A stretch of DNA of 64,000 bases, from assembly GCF_009914755.1 (NCBI RefSeq), contig NC_060929.1; one strand, given 5' to 3'. The translations under genes and the position numbers were made by a program. Every line of letters starts with the position of its first letter. The stretch's first letter is position 1. The notes beneath the pieces were generated by a model. That model was given only the letters and a program-made list of their open reading frames with translations, did not search any database and had not been told where the DNA came from. This DNA is from the human T2T-CHM13v2.0 reference genome, Homo sapiens. Below, one piece after another: positions 53,697-64,000 of the stretch.

Positions 53697-54462
53697 ATTT
53701 GGTGCCGTGGAAGCGTCATGCTTGTGGCCGTTCCTGCCCTGTTTAAATGATTCAGGCTCATGAAATGTCTGTATAAAGAATGCTTTAAGTTGTCTTCTCC
53801 GACTGCCCCTTATTCACTTAAAGACAGACTCATATGACTGGGGCAGTGACTTGTAGAGCTTCTGGTCCTTTGCAAATACCATGCTGTCCTGTCTTAAAAG
53901 AGCTGACTAAATTAAAAAAAAATCCACCTCAAAAAGAAGTGAATGGCTGTTATGATCACCTCGGAAGTATCTCAGGACAAATATACACACACACCCCTTC
54001 ATCTGACACCTGTGGCTTTTAAAAAGAAAGCCAGATAACGGATAGCCATTTAATCAGTTTGTATCCACACAAGCACTTCTCCGATTTCCCTCATGCATTA
54101 GGTAATGACACTCTCCCCTGAGATTGATATGTATATTATAATTAATAACTAGCGCAGCGTGTTCTCCAAAGGGGCAGCTGCAGGAGGAATACCACAGCCT
54201 CTGCTGTGACCCGCAGACCTCAGTGGGAGGGACATGGGACATGGTGGCTCGCACTGTGTTGACCAGCAGCCCCTGTTCATTGCATGGCTGGGTCTGGTTC
54301 CTACCTAGTGGGTCAAGGCTGATATATTAAAGTTCTGATGTTTTGTCTCAAAAAGACCAATATGACCTAGTTGGAGTACGTATATATAAATGTGTATGTG
54401 TATGTAGCATTCTATATTCACAAGCCTTTAAGTGATTTTTCTAGGAATTAATAAGAAGTAAA

Positions 54463-54705
54463 GGCCAGGCACAGTGGCTGCACTTGTAATCCTAGTGCTT
54501 TGGGAGGCTGAGGCAGGAGGATTGCTTGGGGTCAGGAGTTTAAGACCAGCCTGGGTAGCATAGCTAGACTCTATCGCTACAAAAAAATGAAAATATTTAG
54601 CTGGCCGTGGTGGCACATGCCTTTAGTCCCAGTTACGTCACTCCATACACTCCAGCCTGGGTGACAGAGTAAGACCCTGTTTCTTTAAAAAAAAAAAAAA
54701 AAAAA
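54463..54705 (+). mobile_element. AluJ with internal right-arm deletion
   Basis: Left arm and linker, then a jump to 'cactccagcctgggtgacagag' and poly-A. Confidence 0.85.
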
Positions 54706-55394
54706 GTGGTAGTAGTAGTACATCTTCTATTCCTGTTTTTAGAATGGGCACAGCAAACTGTCCACTTATTTTCATCATTAACATATGGAATGTAATTTAT
54801 GATATTTTCTTAGAGAAGATTAAAATCATAGGTAAAGTGAATAGGGAAGTTAATTCTGATACTGAAGTTGACAGTAATCAGAACTTAGAGAAGTAAGCCA
54901 CAGCCAGTCAGGAAAATCGCAGACTGGAAAAGATAATTATTAGTAAAGACTTCTTGTGGTTCTTAATAAATTGTCTTCCTGAACCTAGTGGCTCTGCTCC
55001 TTCACCATAAAACTCTGATTTTGTTGATTAACCTTTTTGTATTCAATAACAACTCTAAATGGCTCATTTATTGTTTAATGTTTTCTATTTTTCTTTTTTA
55101 TACCAGACAAATTAGGAGATGTTGGCATATCAAAGATGTGAAGAAAAATAAAAGGAATTCAGAAAGAATCATGTATCTAATATCCAGGAGATAATGTAGT
55201 TGCATTGATTGTGTTGTAAAGAAGAATATATCTAGCATTAGTAATGGCAATGGCAATAATGATGACAATAATACAGATTGCATTGAGCCATATATACATT
55301 ATCTCATTCCAGTATAAAAGAAGTGCCCCCAGCAACTTCTTGGACGCCAAGGAGGTTTCCAAATTATTTATTTTACAAACTCTTACTTTATTCC

Positions 55395-55685
55395 CTTTTT
55401 TTTCCTTCTTCTTTTTTTTTTTCCCCCAAGAACAGAGTCTTGCTCTGTCGCCCAGGGTGGGATGCAGAGGTGTAATCTTGGCCCACTGCAACTTCTACCT
55501 CCTGGGCTTAAGTGATCCTCCCACCTCAGCCTCCTGAGTAGCTGGGACTACAGGTGTATGTCCACCTGTAGTGGATGCACGCCCAGGTAATTCTTTAAAT
55601 TTTTTGTAGAGACAAGGTCTCACTATATTGCCCAGGTTGGTCTCGAGTCCCTGGGCTCAAGTGATCCTCCCGCTTCGGCCTCTCA
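55395..55685 (-). mobile_element. AluJ (5'-truncated)
   Basis: Reversed dimer lacking the first ~45 nt. Confidence 0.85.
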
Positions 55686-57929
55686 CCATATTTTTAAGAA
55701 TGAGAGGGAATGCTATTAATAATATCAGTATTCTGGGATAACAGGTGCCTATAAGGCAGTTGATAAAAAGAATATAATGGGACCCTACTTACTCCCTAAA
55801 CAAATGTCTTTGAACATTTACAGGTCAAGAATACAAGAGAGGAAGGTCTGCTTAATAAGTGGAGTACATTAACTCACTGACTTACTCTGGGTTGCTATTG
55901 TATTAAAATTCTGTATAGACATTACGTAGCCTCAGAGTTGAATTTGGACTGCCCTTAAAATAAAAAATTCTTAAATCTTTAGTGTGGTGTCTATTAATTT
56001 TTATGATGATTTACAAGTTGGAAATGATTACTTTGCAAGTCATAGTTTACTTTGAAGTTAATAAGAGTGATTACAGTAAAGGAAAAATGCCATATATGGC
56101 ATTGTTCTTAACAGCTTATGAAATTTGGAAAACGATATTTTAGAAAGCTTTCTCTTGTTGGCTGGAATGAAGTGGAGACCCTGCTGGGAAGAAACTCAGA
56201 TATGTTGATAATTACTGTAATTATGAGAGTTCAGATTTGGAAGATTGTCTGAAAATCTGTGTTGCCATGCAGTTTCTGGTAGTAACAGTTTTGAATTAAT
56301 ATTTATTGTGTGATGCAGTTATTAAAATATGTGTAGTAGAGTAATACTGAAGCAATATATCGTGACACAAAAGGATATTCACTATAAATAAGTAAATCAG
56401 GCAATTAAAAAGCAGTATTATTATTTGTATTCATTTTTTGTTTTAGGAAAAACGTACCTGTGGGCACACATATACAGATAAAATACTGCAAGGATATTTT
56501 ACTAAATTTAAATGCTTATTTGAGGATTAGTGGAATTTAATTTTATCTCCTTGTAACTAATAAATTGACCATATTTTCTGTTTAGTTTTACTTTAAAAAT
56601 ATGAAAACATAAACATTAACCTGTTTCCTTTTATTGAAGTGCTGGTGTGTATTCTAAAGCTGGCTAGTTTTTTATGTTCAAAATAGTGTTTTCAAGTAAT
56701 GGAATCATTCCGTCATCTCATTCTTAGGGTCAAAAACAAGGGGTAAGTCACTATATATCCTCTAGAAAATGTTTTGTAACCAGTTAGGCAGCCATGTGGT
56801 TGGCAAATGTTCAAACAGTTCATGTCCATTTTTGTTTTTTAGGTCTCTGCAAAGTCAGCTGTCAGAGAGTATCTCATTGAACACTTCCTTTGATTATTTC
56901 CAGATACATTTATGTGACTAATTTACGCGAAACTGGAGAATAAGACCTCACATACATTCTTATAGCCTCCAAAAATATTACACATGATGGCAATGATGAT
57001 GAGGATGCTGACCTTACTGTAGATAACAGTGACCGTTTACTGTGTGTTCGTGCCTGGTACAGACTCTGCCCTGAAGTCCTTACCTGCTCCTTTCACTAGA
57101 CTCAGTAGTCTGTCTTATCTTCCCGGTAGTTTTTCAGTATTCTCAGCAAGGAAGCTCATCCCATCAGCAGTTGTCGTGGCCTGTCCAAACCCTCCATGCA
57201 GTGAGTCTTCTTCAGGTTCGGGGACATAGACATAGCTTCTGTCCACTCAAATGTTGAATATCCCTGCATTGTCAAATTGTACCCATTACTCGGTACCTGT
57301 CTACCTATAGAAGTTCCTTTAAAAAAAGAGCTGTCTTTTTACTACTTCCTGGCATGTAGTTTTATACATTGATCGGATTCATATTATTTTGTCTTACAAC
57401 TTGATGTCTAAATATGTAAGCAGGTGGGAGTAGATTGTTTTCTTTTGTATTTCTGCTCTCTTTTTCTCTGTAAAGTTTTTAAATGGAAATAAAGTACATA
57501 AGGCTCGTATTATGTGATCTCTTGTTGGCAGTATAAAAGGTTTTATAATAATTGTTTTCTTTCTTTATTGTTATACAGGTGCTCCATTAGGTGAAGAGGT
57601 GGAGAAGGGTGAAGGATTTGAGGACTTGATTTGTTTTTAAGTTAAATGTTAGGTTGCTGGATATCTCTAGATATCTAGCTAGTAACTTAGCTTTTGAAAT
57701 TCAGTGAAATCCATGTTTCAAGGGTGGGATGTTATTCCAGGAATTCTGCTGAAATAAACAGTATACAGAGGCATATCTCTGAATATTTAGTCATTGCCAG
57801 TGGCAAAGTTGGTAATGCTGCTTTGTGGTATGTTTAATAGAGGAATAGTGTATAGCCTTTGTAGATAATGATTTAAGTCTGTATTTATTTTTACAGAAAG
57901 GTAACCACATACACACATATATGCATACG

Positions 57930-59010
57930 TCTTTTAATTTTGAAACAATTTCAGACTTAAAAATGGTTACAAAAATTACACAAAGATTTCTATATACCTT
58001 TTACCCAGATATCTTACATGTTAATATTTTGCCGTTTGTTATACCACTTATACCCTTCTTTCTGTATTTGCACATGTATCACCTAGATAAACTTTTTTTT
58101 TCTGAAACATTTATAATTAAGGCAGACATAATACTTCTTTTACCTTTAAATATTTCAGTGTATTTTTTTTTTTAAACCAAGGACATTCTCTTCTGGAAGT
58201 AAAATGATGAAAATTGGGAATACCACATTCATTCAATGCTGTTATCTAATTTACAGACTTTATTCAGATCTTGCCAGGTGCCCATTAATGTTCTCTATTT
58301 CGTGCAGTATCCATTCCAGGAGCACACGTTGCATTTAATTGCAGCCCTCTTTAGTCTTTTTTAGTCTGGAAGAGCTATTCAGTCTGTCAATCAGGACCTT
58401 CACAGTTTTGAAGAATACAATCTAGTTAATTCTAGCAAGTTTGCTGAACGACCCTTGATTTGGATTTGTGTGGTATTTCCTTGTGATGTGGGTGGGAATA
58501 CTACTGAAGGGTGGTATTGTGCTCTCTGTGCATTTTGTCAGGCAAGGTGTTGATATGCCTGTCCTATGGGTGATGACATAAACTTTGGTCACATAGTTAA
58601 GATGGTGTCCGCCAACTCCATTGTCAAATTGATAACTTTTTTCTTTGTAATGAAGTGTCTTGAGATTCTCTGTGAAAGTATGTAAATATCTTATTCCTCA
58701 TCACACTTTTACCCATTAATTTTGTACTCATTCATGATTTTTGCCTGAACCAGTTGCTAGTGTGGTGTTCGTCAAATGGTAATTTTTAAATTCTTCCGCT
58801 TATTCCACTTTTGTAGTTTAAGTCCTACTGTAAGGAAGAGCTTTCCCTTCTCATTGACTTAATTGTTCAGAACAGGCTCATGGGTCCTTATTTGATTCTG
58901 CTGATTGTGATCTGTTATTATCATGATTGACTGGATTGCTCCGATTGTTCCAGGCTGGCCAGCGGGGACAGTTCAGGCTGTGCCTGGTCCTGTCTTTTTC
59001 CAAGCCCTTG
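57930..59010 (-). mobile_element. Old L1M (L1MC-type) fragment
   Basis: 'ttttaattttgaaacaatttcagactta...tatataccttttacccagat...taaggaagagctttccc'. Confidence 0.8.
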
Positions 59011-59287
59011 CTTATTTTTTTTGTCTGTTCTCTTTCAGTGTGGGGGTGGGGAGAGGCGCAGTTGTGGATTGTTTTACTAGATTTTATCCAGCTTTTTCTC
59101 CATATCTGTATTTGTATAAATTTTAAAAACTGAGCATTATTTAAATGTTTATGATGGTTGCCTTTGGGTTGTGGGATTACTGGTTATTCTAATTTGTTTT
59201 TCTGGAAAAAAATCAGCCATCTAGCACATGTATTATTTATATCAAGGAAGAAAGGCTTTTTAAAAACATTGCAAAGATTTGTTGTGA

Positions 59288-59640
<353 letters not shown>

Positions 59641-59804
59641 CTATCTTGTGTTTTGCACCTGTCATTTGAGAGCATTCATGTTTTCCAGCACACATCATAT
59701 GTGAAATGGAGCACTGTCACTAAATACTGATCCCATGACTTGAAATCATTATTCTACCTTCAGAAGCTGGGAAGTCATTACATTATAACCTGTGCTCTCC
59801 CCGT

Positions 59805-59910
59805 TTCTTAAGACAGATGAGGCACCTGGTGCCTGCGAAGTTAGGTTACTTGCCCAAAGTCACAGAGTTAATTGAGCAGATAGATGTTCTGGCTCTGAGT
59901 CCAGTGTTCT
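59805..59910 (-). mobile_element. MIR fragment
   Basis: 'acagatgaggcacc...acttgcccaaagtcacag'. Confidence 0.6.
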
Positions 59911-60736
59911 TAGAAAATTCTTAATAATGTTTTGTTTGTTAACTGCCTTCTAATGACCAGATACTGAATGAAGTTTTAAAGATCCTTTAGCTTAAATTTG
60001 CATATGCCATTCGATGAGTCATGTTCCAAAATTTTATATCCGAAAATTATCAAAGGCCATTTGGCCATGCTGGATGATTAACAACTTCAGGTGAGTCTAA
60101 ATTGATTTCTTGGTAGACCATAGCTGTGGAGTGCTGTGATTACTGCCTGGTGTTCAATGCGTAATTACACTGTTATTCTATACTTGTAAAAAACATCGTT
60201 GGATTGGAAGAATGGAGGCCTGATAAATTTGTGCTGTTTAAACTTGTGAACTTTCTCTGGAATCAAGACATGCCTGCCAGAAGAAAAAAATCTACTTGGG
60301 CACGACTAAGTGCTATCTGTAGATTGCCAAGGAAGCTTTCCCCGCCCCTGTGACTTGCTGTGAGTCCCCTGGGCTGTCCTCCCCTCTGAGCACCAGATAC
60401 TGATTTGTTGTGCCTGCTGTGGTGGTAATTACATAAAGTGTGTATCGAGGTGCTCCTGTCTGTCTTATCCCCAGCTCCGTCCTCAGCCCCAGTCGCAGAG
60501 CCTTTCTCACAGCAGGAGTGCAGGAAAAATGAGAATGCTCTTTACCCTGTCCAGGCTATCTTGTGGAGATGGGTCTTCTCTTGATCTGTATCCCTCTCTT
60601 TTCTTTTCTTCTTCTTATTTTTAAATACTCTGATTTTTAAAGCAGTCATATCATTAGTCAGGGCTTTTGGTTGCAAGCAGTCAAAACTGTCTCTAGCCAA
60701 TTATAAGCATCTCATATGGCAACAGTAGTAGTTATT

Positions 60737-61237
60737 TGCCAAGAACTATGAAGGGTCTGAGCTTCTTTACTCTATTTGCAAGCTAGGTTAACCTGCCTTA
60801 GTTTGCTAGCAAAAGACATGAGACTCCTGGGTCAGACAGAGGACTTTATTATTCACAGTGGTAACAGTAGTCATGATATCAGCATTTGTTTTTTGCACCA
60901 GTTCTTCAAGCCCTGATTCTCACAGAGCGACTTGCAGAAGGCCAGTTGTGCACACACAGTGGGTTGCATTGCAGGAAAGGAACCCTGAATATAAGGTACC
61001 CGAATCTCTTATACTGGACTGCAAGCATGCCTGCTTTTTGTTCTTAAGGGAGATGCTGTCTCTGTCTTCCAAGTCTGTAAGCATACCTGCCCTTTGCTCT
61101 GGAGGAAGACACTATTCTCTAAGTCTATTCACTATAAAAATATCCTTGTAATGATAGTCCAGAACAAAGATAGTCATTGCCTCTGCTTAAATCATGTACA
61201 GAATTGCAAGAGACCCACGGAGAATTATCTACCAACA
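60737..61237 (-). mobile_element. Solo LTR, LTR40-like (ERVL)
   Basis: Reverse strand begins TGTTGGTAGATAATTCTCCGTGGGTCTC and ends ...AGACCCTTCATAGTTCTTGGCA; TG...CA termini, ~500 bp. Family call from memory. Confidence 0.72.
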
Positions 61238-62105
61238 ATATGCATCATAGAAATTTAGAAAACAGAAGAAAAGTCACTACAGTCCTACCACTCTTACTGT
61301 TAAGGTTTTTGAAATATATAGAGTTTTAGCCATAAATATAAATGATTTCATATAGCATGTATTTTATAAAAATTGGTTTATACTGTACATTCTATCTTGT
61401 GATGTGATGTTTTTCACCTGCCACTGTATCATGCCCATTTCCCTCTCTCTGCTGTCTGTATTCTTCTTGATGTGGTGAAGCATCTTTGCCCAATCTTCTG
61501 TTCCCTTGTGCCCTGCTCTCTGCCTAACATTTAATTGTACTAAGTATACAATCAGAGTTTTAGAGGTTGAAGAGCAGAGATTTCAGATCATCTGGTCCAA
61601 CCTTTTCATTTAACATGTGTGTTAACTTTCTCATTTAACATAATTACATTTCACTGAGACCTTCTGGAACCAACAAGAAAACCTTAATATGGAACTGCAA
61701 TGATGGGAATTTGGGGCATTGAAAGAAGTTGGGTTGGCAACATTGCTTGGGTGATTTCCTTGCTAACATTGTACTGTAAGGTGTGAGGGCCTTTGCATTA
61801 GACTCTGACTGGGCTCTGTAAACCTGAGCCTCATTCTTAGAACCTCTTGAGCCCCTTGATGTTGCCCAGTCAAGTCCATAGTGACTGTAGGGGCTGAACT
61901 TCAAGGGCCACTTTTGCTTATAGCCATCACCTGAGAGCACCTCCAGAATCAAAATGGCCTTGGGAAGTACTTGCCCCAGAGAGAGTTTTAAAAATTATTC
62001 TGTCAATCTGACTCAATTCCTTGTAGATAGTTCATTTCCAGGCATGTATTTTCTTGGAGTTTGTTAAAAACAATGGAAAAATCTTATCTTAAAAGTACCT
62101 CTTGG

Positions 62106-62370
62106 GCCGGGTGCGGTGGCTCACGTCTATAATCCCAGCACTTTGGAAGGCTGAGGTGGGCAAATCACCTGAGGTCAGGAGTGTAAGACCAGTCTGACCA
62201 ACGTGGTGAAACCCTGTCTCTACAAAAATACAAAAATTAACCAGGCATGATGGCAGGTGCCTGTAATCCCAGCTACTTGGGAGGCTGAGATGGGAGAATT
62301 GTTTGAACCTGCTGCATTCCAGCCTGGGCAACAGAGTGGGACTCAAAAAAAAAAAAAAAAAAAAAAAAAA
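62106..62370 (+). mobile_element. AluS with right-arm deletion
   Basis: ggccgggtgcgg...; jump after 'tgaacct' to 'ctgcattccagcc'; poly-A. Confidence 0.9.
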
Positions 62371-63399
62371 CCTCCCTAAAAATGCAACTCAAAGTGTTAA
62401 GTATTCATATTTCTAGATTCCATTAAAGGCAGTTGTGAGGTATTTATATTAATGGAATTTGCCTTGCTTAAAAAAATTCAGGACCATGAGGTTTTGGATT
62501 ATTAATGCAGAACTGCTAAATAATTTTTTGAATGGTAGCTTTCTTTCAAAAGCCACAAAGCTGTGTTATCTTGCTTTCAAGAAAATATTCTTTGTTGAAT
62601 GACTTAAGCTTATTAGTTCTTGGAAAATTTTAAGGATGTGCTGCCTTCAAACAGTAAAACAAGTTCCAGCTTTTTGTACTAAGAAGAAACTGTTGTCACT
62701 AAGGATCAGCTCTGCTCCTGGTATCAGTGGGCTTATGGAGAGGATGGCAGAGAAGCTTCTTGGGCCTGTGGCATTCTGCATCCTAATGACCATCTCCTTT
62801 TTCTGTTCCCTGCCCCTCTCCTCTTTCTTTCCCCCTCCCCTTTTATCCTAAAGCAGGGGATTTATAGGATGATGGCATTTACTACCAAAGCTTTGCTGGC
62901 CTTGAAGCAAGCCTAATTTCCAGGTGGCATCTTGAGATTTGTCTTGTCCTGGGTCTGACCATTGCCAGACCATGGTTTCTTCAGTTGGAAGTAAGGCTGT
63001 ACCTATTCCAAGACAGGGAGTTGGGGAGGAGAGGTCAGGGCCAGGTCTGTTAGAATGAGCCGAGACAGACTTAAAAGAGAGAACATAGACAGCATTCTCT
63101 ATGTGGAGTGTTCAAGGCCAACGGTTATGATTAGGAGGCCTGGCTGAAGTAGCGTCAGCTGGTTTTCTAGTGACTATACTAGGGTTGTGAGATCTTAGTG
63201 TCCTGGCAAGTAGACAGTGGTTCATACTTGGGCTTCTGCCCTGCAAGAGAGTGAGAGAACCAGCCAGGACAGCAGTGTCCTCTGGGTGCCAGGCATTATG
63301 TACTAGGGGCTTGGCTTACTGTGCCATTCAGCCAGGTGGCCGTGCCCTGCCCCTCCCCTCCCTGCCATCCATTATATGCCTCCATCCTTCTCAGGGCCC

Positions 63400-63712
63400 T
63401 TCCCTTCCCCGTGAATCCCCAGCCTGAGGTCGTGCTTAAGTGCCACCTGCTCAAGAGAGAAGGCTTCCTGCCCGCGCCCATGATGTAAGTCCCCCCAGAT
63501 GCTTTCCACCATCCTGTCCTTTGTCTGTAATTGCGCTTGTCGCTTGAACAGAATCCTAATTGTGCTGATTACATGTTTAATTTTGGTCTCCCCTGTAAGA
63601 CAGGCATGCTTTTTGGAGGCAGGGACTGAATGTCATTCACATCTGTGCTCCTAGGGTCTAATACATGATGGTGCATTGTAAGTATTCAGTATATAACTTG
63701 TTGAATAAATGG
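63400..63712 (+). mobile_element. L2 3' fragment
   Basis: 'ggaggcagggact...tcattcacatctgtgctcctag...ttgttgaataaatgg'. Confidence 0.6.
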
Positions 63713-64000
63713 ATCGGGTTTAGCATTTTCCCCCATTGGACCTGGATTGACCTGGAAATTGGTGGACTGAACCTGCAAGTAGAGATTAAAGGACCTAACA
63801 ACTGTAGAGTGGCTGGTGAAGGTAGATATAAGTGCAGTAAGGGAGGGAGTCGTTGATGTTGTTTTGGTTCGTAGTGCAGAATAAAGCTACTTATGGAAAT
63901 ATACGACTCCTACTCTTAGTTTCTGCTTTGATGTGGTTACTGCTGTTGTTTAGCGTAAGCATATAAACAAATCACTGGCTTAGTGGGTTAATTTTTCTTC

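Noticed and set aside
60021-60096. Consensus donor CAG|GTGAGT at 60090/60091 with upstream ATGs
   Set aside because: The phase-1 ATG (60021) hits TGA before the donor, the other nearby ATGs I checked are stopped or out of phase, and there is no promoter evidence.

Overview
Primate (very likely human) genomic DNA covering the 5' end of TRIO (Trio Rho GEF) on the + strand. It holds about 6.4 kb of repeat-rich upstream flank, a ~2.4 kb CpG-island promoter, and coding exon 1 (ATG 6883 to donor 7039|7040, MSGSSGG...DIAAFFRS/G, phase 1). The remaining ~57 kb is intron 1; I did not find exon 2 (continuing G-FRKNDEMKAMDV). The intron contains about two dozen Alus, antisense L1 fragments, L2/MIR, MER5, MER113, a solo LTR40 and simple repeats. 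Nearly all ORFs in the supplied track are artefacts of Alus, simple repeats or GC richness. There are no prokaryotic-type systems. The best leads are regulatory: (i) two further candidate first exons whose donors are also phase 1 (one ending at 8345 and a 'MAE-G' mini coding exon at 47101-47110), suggesting an N-terminal switch for TRIO; (ii) a strong-Kozak uORF in frame with the TRIO CDS and separated from it by one TGA; (iii) candidate AP-1/MAF enhancers, including a perfect T-MARE and a 29-bp duplication that doubles an AP-1 site; (iv) nested and inverted retroelements. Repeat families and boundaries were called by eye and are approximate.
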